Part shown: piece after piece, positions 35,224 through 48,849 of the stretch | Layout of the letters: each line of letters opens with the position of its first letter | Position numbering within the stretch: position 1 is the first letter of the stretch | NCBI GenBank assembly: GCA_030390025.1 | Contig: CM059432.1 | Location: 98,644,001 to 98,708,000 of the forward strand | Direction of reading: 5' to 3' | From: Squalus acanthias | Taxonomy: Eukaryota | DNA: 64,000 bases | The notes under the pieces: model-generated | What the model was told of the DNA's origin: nothing | Databases searched by the model: none | The model's input: the letters and a program-made list of their open reading frames with translations, nothing else | Program-made: the position numbers and the translations under genes

Positions 35224-36749
35224 TATATGTATTAAAAATGCAGTAACCAACATTTTCTTTGCTCTGAAACTCACCATCTGCAACACGGCATCCTTTACAC
35301 CACTTCTGCAGCTGTCAGCTTTTCACAAACATCAGAGCAGACTCAAAATACGCCTGGTTGAGCTGGTGTGTTCCCTAAACAGCGGGTAACCCGTGGGGGA
35401 GACCGTAAAATTAGAAGTAAGCCTCAAAATACTCTTAAATTGGCACTTAACAAGCCATTTAAGTAGTTGAATTGTATCCCCCACCGCTTGGTGTTGGTCA
35501 GTTCTGCGTTGACAGACCCGACACCTGGGAGACTTGCATGGAGGCGGGTTGACAGTGGGTTTTCTACCCGCTGTCAATCTTTCCTACTTAGACAGCGGAC
35601 CCGCCTCCAAACACGCCCCCTCCGCGCTATTAAATTTATGGCCCCTGAGTAAGCATTCAACTTTCTGAAAACCTTCCAAAAATCTAGCTTGAATATACAT
35701 ACCACTTTGATTTCCAGACTTTAATTAGTTTATAGACAAGCATTTTCTGAAGGGCAACAGCACATTTTAATTTGTTTCAGTGGCAGGACTAATTACACTG
35801 ACTTTCTCAGTCATCAGCAATGTCCCTGCTGGTGAACGAACAATGTGATTTCAATCCTTATTGCAAAAACTGCGCTTCCTTGGTGACACTTGCATTTTCC
35901 TCATGTTCAATCATAACAGCAAAAATAACAGCATTAACACTTTGCCCTCACAAGAAAGAGAGGCACCAATAATTGAAGAATATTCGTGTTGGGTAATAGT
36001 GATCCTGTAAAGGGCAAAAACTAACACATCCATTAAACGGGGCTCATTTTTTATGCTCATCATTTATGAGTATAAACATTCCAAGGCAAGGGCCAGAAAC
36101 CTGCCCACGACCTCTGATACTGACCCTGCCAAAGTTTGTGGGATCGGAGGAAGGAGACACAATGAGCAGGCCTTTGGCAAGTTGGGGCAACATCCGGGCA
36201 CCTCTATGCCAAAGAAGCTGGAAATGATGGTTTATATTGCCGGCGCTGCCTTCCCCTGCCCCCCTCCCACCCCAGAAAGGGGAAGTCACTATCCCTTTTT
36301 TTTTTCAGGGGGCCACTTGCAATATTGGGGAGGGGGGGAAGAAAAACCCTTATCTTTGAGGTCCAGGCCCCGATCCCAGCCCGGACCCCCAGATGGGGCT
36401 CACTTCCATCGGTTGTCAAGGAGGTTTTCCTGATGAGGTCAGACATACCTCTGCTGATGTTACACCACTTCCTGACTGGAGTGCAGGTATTTCCGACCTA
36501 TGGAGACTCTTTCCTCGGCCCTGCACCCTTATGTCAATGGCCTTGTAGAAACAGGTGGAAGATCCCACAAGGTCAATCAGGAACTCGTGCAAAGCTGGAA
36601 TGAAGCGTATCCAGATCAGTACAGAGTTTGTGGAGTCCTGCTAAGATTACAGCAGGGGTCTGCTGGTATGGCTGCAGGTTTGACTTGATCAAAATATATA
36701 ATTTGAAACTAAAAAAAGCATTGGATTTTTAATTTGTGATCCTATCAAG

Positions 36750-36965
36750 TTACATAGTATTACATAGAATTTTACAGCAAAGAAACAGGCCATTCGGTCC
36801 AACAGGTATATGTGTGTGTTCATGGTCCACACGAACCTCCTCCCACCTTACTTCAAGTCACCCTATCAACATATCCTTCTATTCCTTTCTTCCTCATGTG
36901 TTTATCTAGCTTCCCTTTGAATGCATCTATGCTATTTGCCTCAACTACTGCATATGGTAGCAAAT
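36750..36965 (-). mobile_element. CR1 3' tail fragment
   Basis: (TACATAG)n tail plus ACAGGCCATTCGG; matches 13430-13660. Confidence 0.75.
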
Positions 36966-39900
36966 CCACAAAGTTCTAAAAGTTATTGCAAGTAATGCAC
37001 TTTAAATGTGCATTATTTTAGAAATTCCCCAAGTCTTTCAGGGAAAGTATCCAGGTCAGTATATTCTGAGGGTGTATGTGAGCTCACAGCTTTTGACCCA
37101 TGACATTCTTGTCTCCCTAGATTAGTCAGAAAATATATAGGTTCTGCTCGCCCTCTCACTTGCAACCCTGTTAGCATGGCTGAGATTGTATAGGGAATTA
37201 TGGCACAAATATATTGAAGCCCCAAAGTGCTCTGTCTTTCATTTAATTTTCTGTCCATTTTCTTACTTTCTGTTTGTTTTACTGGCCTTGAATTTGAGTA
37301 GTGTGATATTATTATTAACACCTTTAATAAGCCTTTGCTTACTGTTTCAACAAAGGCACCAACCCATTTATTTTAAACGGATTAATACCTCCATCAATAT
37401 AGCAGACAAAGACATTCTGTACATGAGCATTAAACATTCAATGGTAACAATGTACCCATTGGTCCTTTCTTTCTCTGCCTCCTTTCTTTGTGTCTCTCCA
37501 CATTTATCTAGTACTGTGTCTGTCAGGGTGTCTGCTTTTTTCCACATTTCTTGCCAGTGTGTATGCATCGCTCTCTCTTTCTATGTCTTAAGGATGATTT
37601 TCTGACTTAGTGCTGCTGACGGAGCCTAAACGACTAAGAGCATATATCGGAAATATGGGTATCAAGGGATATGGAGCAAAGGCGGGAAATGGATTTGAGA
37701 TGCAGATCAGTCATGATCTAATTGAATGGCGGAAGGGGCTGAATGACCTATTCCTGTTCCTAATGTTACTACTATGTTACTAAATGTAGGTGTGTACTGT
37801 TCACGGCCATCCCACCATTTAAAACAATGATGGTAAAATCAGTGGATAGTTGAATTTCTGACATGCACTTTCAGTGGGCTTTGCTGCCCACTGACAATAC
37901 ACAGTTAGAAAATTATCTTTCTCCTGTCCATTTGTCTGTATATACAGAGAGATAAAAAGAAATGAAGAAATATTTAGCAATCAGAAGCTAAGCACTTCAT
38001 GAACAAAAATCAGTAAGTATATCCACATGGAGCATTATCATTCTTGTGGTATACTAGGATTTTTGCACTGCAGTTGTGCTCACAGTTGTGCAAAATCTCA
38101 TTATACTTTCAAACCATGAGATAGCTTCCAGAGCATCAGTTCCATCTGGATCTATCCAAAGTAATAAAGGAGTAACACATCAGCTCCACTGTAACCAAGT
38201 AAACAATCAAAAAGCCACATAGTTCCATGCAAAAAATTCTTTACTACTGGCACAAATCTGTCTTCCTGAATCTGCTAATGATGGCTAAGTAGGTCGGTGT
38301 GAAGTGTGTGTCCAAAATTTACAGGCTCCGCATATTCAGTTCTGTGGCTTCAGAAAATCTACCCTTTGCCCCCATGTTCAATCATGGCTAGCTGCCATAA
38401 CCGCATACCCCCACCCTGGCCCAAGCTGACAAGATCCCAGCAGCACCATAAGAATCATTATTGTTACATTGCCAAATTAAGTGTTAAATCTTCACCAGTC
38501 ATTCCCTATATGGGGTAAAAAAATTCTCTGGTTGCTATGCATTGTGACATTGTAAATGCATTGGTGAGGATTCCTCTCTTTGGCAATTTTACCAAAGTCA
38601 TTCCTTTAAAAGAAAGAAAGACTTGCATTTATCTAGCGCCTTTCACGAACTCAGGATGTCCGAAAGTGCTTTTCAGCCAATTAAGTACTTTTTGGAGTGT
38701 AGTCACTGTTGTAATGTAGGAAACATGTAGAACATGTTTACAATATTTCTGCAAATATGAAACAGAAGACATCTTCACCAATGCATTCACACCTAGCAAC
38801 CAGAAGAGTTCTTACTCCAGGGTGAATTTTCAGTGTTGACTGATTTTCAGATGGAAATGTTAAGGAGAGGTCAGGCATTCCTCCACAGGGAGGGAGAGAA
38901 ATTGGTAGGAGTGTCACTTCCAGATTGAGGTTAAAGCATATCCTTTGAGTTTGTTGAAAAGTAATCTTTGAGCAGCTGGACTGTCTATCATCTTAGCTAG
39001 GAATGGGATGATCTATGACCCAAGAAGACCCAAGAGAAGAAAACATAAAAGGAGGGATTTTTTTTCAAAGAAATATATGTTTAATATTCAGCAGATAGGC
39101 ACAAGGTGTAGAAAAATGGCTTAACCCATAGCCTGTTATTTAAATGCTTCTGCAGTGTCATCTAATAGATTTCCTGGAGACTAAAGATAAAAAAAATGAT
39201 AAGATTACAAAATGACTTCCTTTAAAGTGTTGGAGATGTTCTCAGTTTAAATTTGTCCCATTGCCAAGGAACGATTAGGAAATCAAAATTTCTCATTTTA
39301 GCACCTGCTTCAAGCTATCCTGTAATAAAATATAGTGAGATCGTTATTGGATTTGAAACATGAATAACCTTGGTCAAATCAACCTGCATACGTTAAGAAA
39401 AAGAGAGTGAAATTTATATTAAATCAACTAACTTAAATACTGAGGTGAAACTTGAAATATGCATTTAATATTCTGCACCATTCATGCACTAAATTACATT
39501 GAATTGCCTTTACTTTTATGTTTAAATATTAAAATTGAAAGTGACTCATCTGCATTGAGGTTTTAACTAAGGTGACAATAGTGTGTTACGCAGTAAAACT
39601 TAAGATCAGTGTGTGGACACAGTAGGGAGACTATTGATAAGTGACTGCCAACACATTCATAAACATATTTACAAACAATTAATTTATTACAAAGTTATAA
39701 AAGCAGAGAAATTCAGCATTTGGAATTGAGAAAGTGGATTTTTGAGGGCAGTGATACTGAATCACATTTAGAAAACAACTTTGATCTTTAGTTATTTGAT
39801 TGTTAGGAAAGATGTGAGTGTATCAGATTAAATTAATGGCCTTTATCATGGGATCATTGTGTCAATTTTACAAGCCTTGACAGCTGGCAGCATATGTCAG

Positions 39901-40134
39901 AAATTCAGAACATGCTGCCAATGGTTTTCCTGACCATTAAGGAGCAGAAAATCATGGGCAATGTGCACCCAAGTTCCTGATGTGCGCTGCCAGCCAGAGA
40001 GAACCAGAGAGAGCCGGCAAGGCTCACTGCCGGCAGCACAGGCTCATGACATAACCCAACCCTGCCCCCGACCCCATGAGTAATTAACTTCATTTTAGAA
40101 CATTTTAAAGTCCAATTTTAAATAAAATAGAGTA

Positions 40135-40590
40135 ACATAGGAACATTAGGAACAGGAGTAGGCCATTCAGTCCCTCTAGCCTGCTCCACCATTCAATTAG
40201 ATCATGGATGATCTGCATCTCAACTTCATCCACCGCGTTTGCTCCATACCCCTTGATATTCGTACCTAACAGTCTTGAAAGCTCTAACTGACTCAGCATC
40301 CAAAGCCATCTGGGGGAGAGAGCTCCAAATTTCTATGACCATTTGTGTGAAAAAGTGCTTCCTGATTTCGCTTCTGAATGCCCCAGCTCTAAATTTAAGA
40401 TTATGTCCCCTTGTTCTTGAATATCCCCACCAGAGGAAATAGTTTCTCAATATCTACCCTATCAAATCCTTTTAACATTTTAAACAACTCGATCAGATCA
40501 CCCCTCAATCTCCTCTACTCAAGGGAATACAAGCCAAGTTTATGCTACCTGCCCTCATAATATAACCCCAGAAGCCTCAGTATCATTCTG
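40135..40590 (-). mobile_element. CR1 3' fragment
   Basis: SRTRGHNLK..RKHFFTQ motif and (CATAGGAA) tail. Confidence 0.85.
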
Positions 40591-40674
40591 GTGATAATTA
40601 TGGTAAATAAGTAGCCTATTCATCACAATCTCCTTACATTCATACACATATAATACACCAAATCCTTGCTAAAA

Positions 40675-40890
40675 GGATTCCCTCCCTAAACCTCACCACC
40701 TATCAACTTGTCTTTCCCCCTTTAAAATGCTCCTTAAAATCTACCTCTTTGACCAAGCCTTTGGTCATCTGCCCTAATTTCTGCTTATGTGGCTCGGTGT
40801 CAAATTTTTGTCTTATAACAGTCCTGGGAAGCACCGTGGGACTTTTTACTCCATTAAAAGCGCTATATAAATACAAGTTGTTGTTGTTCT
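40675..40890 (+). mobile_element. L2 3' tail
   Basis: GCGCTATATAAATACAAG(TTG)n end. Confidence 0.85.
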
Positions 40891-41299
40891 TATAAAAAGA
40901 GCGGGAAAGGCACAGCAATGCAGTCAGCATCTGGCAGAAAAAGAGAAGTTAATAATTTGAGTAGGACCCTTCATCCAAACTAGGTTATTATCTTTCAGAT
41001 GCTGACTTATCTATTGTGCTTTTTCAGTTGTTTTCTTAAGATTTGCATCATTTGGATATCTTTTCGTCATAGCTGTTGTTTTAGGCTGGTGTGAATTAAG
41101 ACAGTTCATTTCATTTTCATTTTAATAACATAAAATTAAAAGTTACGGAAGAAGAAAAAGTCATTCACTATCCTGTTTTCTTCATCCTCCCTAGGTGCCA
41201 TCTCCAGCCCAAAGGTTGGCAGCCATAATGTCAAATATCCTTTGATCCCAAGGCTGTAATATAATTGGCTTAGCTTTCTTGACTTAATAACATTTTTTT

Positions 41300-41545
41300 A
41301 ATTCATTCATGGGATATGGGCATCGCTGGTAAGGCCAACATTTATTGCCCATCCCTAATTGCCCCTGAGAAGGTGGTGGTGAGCCGCCTTCTTGAACCGT
41401 TGCAGTCCATGTGGTGAAGAGACTCCCACAGTGCTGTTAGGGAGGGAGTTCCAGGATTTTGACCCAGCGACGATGAAGGAACGGTGATATATTTCCAAGT
41501 CAGGATGGTGTGTGACTTGGAGAGAAACTTGGAGGTGATGGTTGC
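41300..41545 (-). mobile_element. LINE family B 3' tail
   Basis: GSKSWNSLPNSTVGV..QRFKKAAHHHLL, as at 42805-43030. Confidence 0.85.
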
Positions 41546-44500
41546 TCAATGTTGTTGGGCCATGTGCATTTCTGTCGTCATATTATAAAAACAAAAAATG
41601 CAGAAATACACAGCAGATAAATCAGAAACTGTAAAAGGAAGGGAAAGTTTAAGATGTTTCGGGTGTGTACCCTTTACAGATGCTAACTGACCTACTGTGT
41701 ATTTCTAGCATTTACTGATTAATTTTCAGATTTCCAGCTTATCATTTATATTTTTCTCTCACTCTCTGTTTATTCAGCAATTCACATGTTAGTCCAACTT
41801 GTGGTTCTTGAATGATAGAGGTAATTATATGAATTATTATTCTTGGCATAGGGCTTTACTTCCTGGAAGCTCGTATCAGAAATTCATGGGGCCTGCTGAC
41901 CTCTGTGCCCAAACTTCTAACATGTCGTACCAGCATCGCAAATTCTTAAAATTTATCCAGACAGGTGCACATTATCTGATCTTTCTTTGAGCTACCGATT
42001 CCACCAACTCACTTTTTTTTGTCCTGTCAAGCTGAGCACTTGGTCGTTCTTCATGCATTGCACCCAAGAGAATATCTAGCTCTCCACTAATAGATAATGC
42101 AGCTTGCATTATCAAGAGCGCTTCATAAATTATTTGAAGGAAAGGTTCACAAAGATTATATTTGTGAATCTTACTGTAGTATCTGACAGTTTCTGAGGTA
42201 AAATGCAAAGTTAAAACTTTCCTGTGCTTGATATTTTGTTTTTTACTTCATGAGCAACTGTCGCTCATCTGTGAGATACATGTGTTAAAGCGATATATGC
42301 TAGGACAGTATGTTGGCATAAAATGTTAGTTCAGCTTAGCACCCAGCTAAAATTGCCTGAGATCCAAAAATACTCTTAAAAAATTCATGCAAGCCATCCG
42401 GCAGTATCAGTACCACTGGTGGGATTCACATGTGCAAGGATTACAATGTTTACTACCTATTGCACTTACCCAATCATCACTGGAAATATCCCTATTTCAA
42501 TCTGCCTGTATAGCTTACTCCCACTCATTCTCGGTATGGGCACAACTTAACATGCTCCCTGCATACAAACGAGGGCCTTCAGATGTCTCGTTAAATATGC
42601 TAATTTTTGGGCAGAAATACCATCCAGTGTCTTTGGGTCCCAACACAACTCCATTCTCTAACCATTGGGTCCACCTTCCTCCCCAGCAATTCTCCCAGGC
42701 TGAACTACACCGTCCAAAATCTTGGCATTGTTGATATTTGACAAGGCAGCCAGGGTCGCCAAGGCTTCTTCGACAGCACCTCCCAAATCTCAAGGACAGT
42801 TTTTGTTTTATTCGTTCCTGGGATGTGGGCGTCGCTGGCAAGGCCAGCATTATTACCCATCCCTAATTGCCCTTGAGAAGGTGGTGGTGAGCTGCCTTCT
42901 TGAACTGCTGCAGTCCTTGTGGTGATGGTACTCCCACAGTGCTGTAAGGGAGGGAGTTCCAGGATTTTGACCCAGTGACGCTGAAGGAACAGTAATATAT
43001 TTCTAAGTCAGGATGGTGTGTAACTTGGAGGAGAGCTTGCAGCTGATGGTGTTCCCATGCGCCTGCTGCCCTTGTCCTTTTAGGCGATCGAGGTTGCGGG
43101 TTTAGGAGGTGCTGCCGAAGAAGCCTTGGCAAGTTGCTGCAATGCATCTTGTAGATGGTACACACTGCAGCCACGGTGCGCCAGTGGTGGAGGGAGTGAA
43201 TGTTTAAGGTGGTGGATGGGGTGCCAATCAAGCGGGCTGCATTGTCCTGGATGGTGTCGAGCTTCTTGAGTGTTGTTGGAGCTGCACTCATCCAGGCAAG
43301 TGGAGAGTATTCCATCACACTCCTGACTTGTGCCTTGTAGATGGTGGAAAGGCTTTGGTGAGCAGGAGGTGAGACACTTGCCGCAGAATATCCAGCCTCT
43401 GACCTGCTCTTGTAGCCACAGTATTTATGTGGCTGGTCCAGTTAAGTTTCTGGTCAATGATGACCCCCAGGATGTTAATGGTAGGGGATTTGGCAATGGT
43501 AATTCCACTGAATGTCAAGGGGCAGTGATTAGACTCTCGCTTGTTGGAGATAGTCATTGCCTGGCACTTGTGTGGCTCGAATGTTACCTGCCACTTATCA
43601 GCCCAAGCCTAAACGTCATTCGGCTGTTGCTGCATTCAGGCATGGACTGCTTCATTATCTGTGGAGTTGCGAATGAGCTGAACACTGTGCAATCATCAGC
43701 GAACATCCCCATTTCTGACATTATGATGGATGTAAGGTCATTGATGAAGCAGCTGAAGATGGTTGGTCCGAGGGTACTTCCATGAGGAACTCCTGCAGCG
43801 ATGACCTGGGGCTGAGATAATTGACCTCAACAACCACAACTATCTTCGTCTGTGCTAGGTATGAATCCAGCCAGTAGAGAGTTTTCCCCCTGATTCCCAA
43901 TGACTTCAACTTCACTAGGGCTCCTTGATGCCACACTCGGTCAAATGCTGCCTTGATGTCAAGGGCAGTCACTCTCACCTCACCTCTGGAATTCAGCTCT
44001 TTTGTCCGTGTTTGGACCAAGGCTATAATGAGGTCTGGAGCTGAGTGGTCCTGGCAGAACCCAAACTGAGCATTGGTGAGCAGGTTATTGGTGAGTAAGT
44101 GCCACTTGATAGCACTGTTGATAACACCTTCCATCACTTTGCTGATGACTGAGATTAGACTGATGGAGCAGTAATTGGTCGGTTTGGATTTGTACTGCTT
44201 TTTGTGGACAGGACATACCTGGGCAGTGTTCCACATTGTCAGGTAGATGCCAGTGTTGTAGCTGTACTGGAACAGCTTGGCTGGAAGCGCAGCTAGTTCT
44301 GGAGCACAAGTCTTCAGCAGACAGCTGGGATGTTGTTGGGGCCCATAGCCTTTGATGTATCCAGTGCGCTCAGCTGTTTATTGATAGCACGTGGAGTGAA
44401 AAGAATTGGCTGAAGACTGGCTTCAGTGATGGCAGGGACCTGAAGTGGAAGCCGATATAGATCATCCACTCGGCGCTTCTGGCTGATGATGATTACAAAT

Positions 44501-44559
44501 GCTTCAGCCTTGACTTTTGCACTCGCGTGCTGGGCTCTATCATCATTGAGTATGGGGAT

Positions 44560-46339
44560 GGAGATCAGGCTCTGCTACATTGGCCTAGCACACACACACA
44601 AACATACTCCTGCTGTCCTCCTCCCTCCTTCCCACAGGTCCTCTCTGCCTGGGTTTCATAGTCTGCAATGTGGTCTCATTTCTCTTATTTAGATGGAGGA
44701 GAGCATGCCAGGGGATCTCAGAGATGCCATAATTGTGACCATCTTCAAGAAAGGTTACAAGTCCGATTGCAGTAATTACAGAGGAGTCTCCCTGCAGTCT
44801 GCCACAGGGAAAGTCATTCGCAAGAATCCTCCTCAATCGCCTTCTCCCAGTGGCTGAAGAGCTCCTCCCAGAGTCGCAATGCGGATTCCGCCCACTAAGG
44901 GGCACAATGGACATGATCTTCACCGCGGGTCAACTACAAAGAAATGCAGGGAACAGCACCAACCGCTGTATATGGCCGCCTTTGACCTCACAAAGGCCTT
45001 TGACACCATCAACGGTGAGGGATTATGGAGTGTCCTCCTCAAATTCGGCTACCCTCAAAAGTTTGTCACCATCCTCTGCCTGCTTCACGACGACATGCAA
45101 GCCGTGATCCTGACCAACGGATCCACTACAGACCCAATTCACATATGGACCGGGGTCAAGCAAGGCTGTGTCATCGCACCAATGCTCTTCTCCACCTTCC
45201 TGGCTGCAATGCTCCATCTCAACCTCAGTAAGCTCCCCGCTGGAGTGGAACTAATCTACAGAACAAATGGGAAACTGTTCAACCTCCGTTGCCTCCAGTC
45301 CAGATCCAAGGTCGTCCCATCCTCTGTCATCGAATTACAGTATGCAGACGGCACTTGCGTCTGCGCACACTCTGAGGCCAAACTCCAAACCATCGTCAAC
45401 ACCTTCACCGAAGCATACGAGAGCGTGGGCCTTACTCTAAAAATCCGTAAGACAAAGGTCCTCTACCAATCTGCCCCAGCCACACAGTACTGCTCCCCGG
45501 TTATCAAAATCCATGCCGAGGCCTTGGACAACATGGACCACTTTCCATACCTCGGGAGCCTACTGTCAATAAGGGCAGATGTCGATGACGAAGTCCAACA
45601 CCGCCTTCAGTGTGCCAGTGCAGCCTTCGGTCGCCTGAGGAAGAGAGTGTTTGAAGACCAGGACCTCAAATCCAGCACCAAGCTCATAGTCTACAGAGCA
45701 GCAGTGATATCCGCCCTCCTGTATGCTTCAGAGACATGGACCATGTACAGCGGGCACCACAAAGCATTGGAGAGGTACCACCAACACTGCTTCCGCAAGA
45801 TCCTGCAAATCCATTGGCAGGATAGGCGCACCAATGTCAGTGTTCTCGCTCAGGCCAACATCCCCAGCATCGAAGCTTTGACCACGCTCGATCAGCTCCG
45901 ATGTATGGGCCACATCGTCCGCATGCCCGAACGAGACTCCCAAAACAAGCGCTCTACTCGGAGCTCCGACACGGCAAGAGAGCCCCAGGTGGGCAGAGGA
46001 AACGCTTCAAGGACACCCTCAAAGCCTCCTTGAAAAAGTGTAACATCCCCACCGACACCTGGGAATCCTGGCCCAAGACCGCACAAAGAGGAGGAGAAGC
46101 ATCCGATAAGGCGCCGAGCACCTCGAGTCTCTTCACCGGGAGCAAGCGGAAGCCAAGCGCAAACAGCGGAAGGAGCGTACGTCAACCCAAGCACCCCACC
46201 CACCCGCCCCTTCAACCATCGTCTACCCCACCTGTGACAGAGACTGCAGGTCCCACATTAGACTCATCAGTCACCTGAGAACTCATTTTTAGTGTGGAAG
46301 CAAGTCATCCTCGGTTCCGAGGGATTACCTAAGAAGAAG
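44560..46339 (+). mobile_element. RTE-clade LINE, 5'-truncated
   Basis: ESQCGFRP..GTMDMIF, DLTKAFD, GVKQGCVIAP, LQYAD, YLGS, LLYASETW, GGQRKRFKDTLK; (AAG)n tail; ATGGGGAT duplicated at 44552-44559 and 46341-46348. Confidence 0.92.
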
Positions 46340-47174
46340 GATGGGGATATTCATGGAGCCTCCTCCTCCCGTTAGTTGTTTAATTGTTCACCACTATTCA
46401 CGACTGGATGTGGCAGGACTGCAGAGCTTTGATCTGATCCATTGATTGTGGGATAGCTTAGCTCTGTCTATAGCATGCTGCTTCCACTGTTTAGCATGCA
46501 TGTAGTCCTGTGTTGCAGCTTCCCCAGGCTGGCACCTCATTTTTAGGTACGCCTGGTGCTGCTCCTGGCATGCTCTTCTATACTCCTCATTGAACCAGGG
46601 TTGGTCCCCTGGCTTGATGGTAATTGTAGAGTGAGGGATATGCCGGGCCATGAGGTTACAGATTGTGTTGGAATACAATTCTGTTGCTGCTAATGGCCCA
46701 TGGCAAATCATGGATGCCCCGTTTTGAGCTGTTAGATTTGTTCTGAATCTATCCCATTTAGCACGGTGGTAGTGCCACACAACACGATGGAGGGTGTCCT
46801 CAGTGTAAAGACGCAATTTTGACTCCACAATGACTGTGCGGTGGTCACTGCTACCAATGCTGTCATGGACAGATGCATCTGTGGCAGATAGATAGGTGAG
46901 GATGAGGTCAAGTAGATTTTTCCCTCATGTTGTTTTTCTCACCACCTGCCGCAGTCCTAGTCTGGCAGTTATATCCTTCAGGACTCGGCCAGCTTGGTCA
47001 GTAGTGGTGCTACCGAGCCTCTCTTGGTGATGTACATTGAAGTGCCCTTGCTACCCTCAGTGTTTCTTCCAAGTTGTGTTCAACATGGAGGAAGGGCAGT
47101 AGGTCGTAATTAGCAGGAGGTTTTGTTGCCCGTGCTTGACCTGAAGCCATGAGACTTCATGGTGTCTGGAGTCT

Positions 47175-47918
47175 GGCCCAGAAATTCCGGTCGGAGGCTT
47201 CCCGCGGGTGCAAGCCCCCGACCTGCACTTAAGAAGCGCGCCTACCGTTATGCTCTGGGCCCGTGCAGAATTCCGTTCCTGTGCCTGCTCCAGCTGCCAG
47301 TGTGCAGGGCACGTGTATCCCAGGGGCGCAGCTAGTTCTCAGCATCCCTGGGATCACGTGGGCCATGGGGAGCCAATCGGAGCAGGGAATCTCCATTCAT
47401 AGATTTGACAGGAAGACCTGTCAAATCTATGAATAGAGATCGGCCCCAAAACCTAAGTAAAACTTCAAATAAATTTTTTAAAAATCACATTTTAAAAATA
47501 ACTATAAATTACATAAATTAACTACTTTAAACAAAAATTTTGGAAAAAAATAATGAAAATTTTTAACGGGGCTAAAAATAAACTTACCTTTCTTTAAAGT
47601 ATTTGAAAGTGATAAACCTGTGGAAAAAATGTTTCATTTTTACTTTCTTCACCTCTTACCTTGTTAAAAGCAGGCCTTGCGCCTGCTTTTTCCAAGCGCA
47701 GCTGCTAGGGACTTACCCACACTGCATCAACTGAGAAAAAAACGGAAGTTCGATGCGTACGCGCTGCCTCTCCGGCGCACGCAGTTGACCTGTGAACACC
47801 TTCCTTCAAGAGAACGGAAGTTCCGGTTTCCAGCGCATGCGCAGTGCATGCACTTCCGTTCGCCCCACGGGTGAGTACACAGCGCGTACTCACCCGTAAG
47901 GAACGGAATTTCAGGGCC
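47175..47918. mobile_element. Harbinger-type MITE with internal hairpin
   Basis: TIRs GGCCCAGAAATTCCG / CGGAATTTCAGGGCC; interrupts the LINE endonuclease region. Confidence 0.85.
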
Positions 47919-48454
47919 ATTATTGAGGACTCCCAGTGCCACTCCCTCCTGACTGTATACCACTGTGCTGCCACCTCTGGTAGGTCTGTCCTGCCGGTGG
48001 GACAGAACATACCCAGGGATGGTGATGGAGGAATCTGGGACATTGGCTGAAAGGTATGATTCTGTGAGTATGAGTATGTTAAGCTGTTGCTTGCCTAGTC
48101 TGTGGGACAGCTCTCCCAATTTTGGCACAAGTCCCCAGAATTTAGCGAGGAGGACTTTGCAGGGTCGACTGGGCTGTTAGGGACCGCAAGAAATGTTGGC
48201 TTCACCAGCGATGCCCACATCCTGTGAATGAATATTTAAAAAAAATCTACACAACCATCTATGACAGAGCTGTCAATCATCATACTCTAGCTTCCTGGAA
48301 TTCTTTTTCTCTCTCCTTCAATTTCCAAAATCTCTCTCCACTTTCAAAAATTTCCTCTTTCACTGCACCAGTGGTCACTTCCCTTAACTCTCCTCTCAAA
48401 CTCCTGCTGGGTGTCTGTTCCTCCAGGGAAAGTGCCTTGGGGTTTGCTGTATAA

Positions 48455-48745
48455 TGGTCATAAATATAAGATAGTCACGAATGAATCCAATAAGGAATTC
48501 AGGAGAGACTTCTTTACCCAGATAGTGGTTAGAATGTGGAACTAGCTACCACAAGGTGTAGTTGAGGCGAATACAATAGATTAATTTAAGGGGAAGCTTG
48601 ATAAGTACATAAGGGAGAAAGGAATAGAAAAATTTGCAGATAGGGTTAGGTGAAACAGGGTGGGAGGTGATTTGTGTGGAGCATAGCATCGGCATAGACC
48701 AGTTGGAATGAACGACTGGTTTCTGTGCTACAAATTCTATGTATA
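48455..48745 (+). mobile_element. CR1 3' tail fragment
   Basis: TTCTTTACCCAG..GGTTAGAATGTGGAAC; matches 13430-13660. Confidence 0.8.
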
Positions 48746-48849
48746 GACACATTGCAGACCACTCAGTTATTGTTACAGAATCGGATTTTTTAAACAGTTA
48801 TTTCTTTAGTTCTGCACATGAAGAATGGCCACTTACATGAGGTGCCAGA

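Larger units (their letters stand above)
32836..35643. mobile_element. Non-autonomous Harbinger-type element with nested insertions
   Basis: TIRs GGCCGTGAATTTAAT / GGCCATAAATTTAAT, TSD CCT on both sides; similar to 3554-4364. Confidence 0.75.
42805..48178 (-). mobile_element. Near full-length ORF2 of CR1/L2-group LINE family B, decayed, with nested RTE and MITE
   Basis: Endonuclease start (ILTESYL..IPGY..RQDRPTRGG) at ~47960-48130; PWFNEE; RT LDIKAAFDRVWH; C-terminal MEYSPLAWMSAAPTTL. Confidence 0.9.

Noticed and set aside
38850..38905. Possible phase-1 exon (TTTTCAG|ATGG...TTG|GTAGGA)
   Set aside because: Weak splice sites and no recognisable peptide.
41972..42208. Integrase zinc-finger-like peptide (AMHEERPSAQLDRTK..LVES)
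   Set aside because: The second His and a CxxC are missing and no DDE core follows; the resemblance is too weak without an HMM search.
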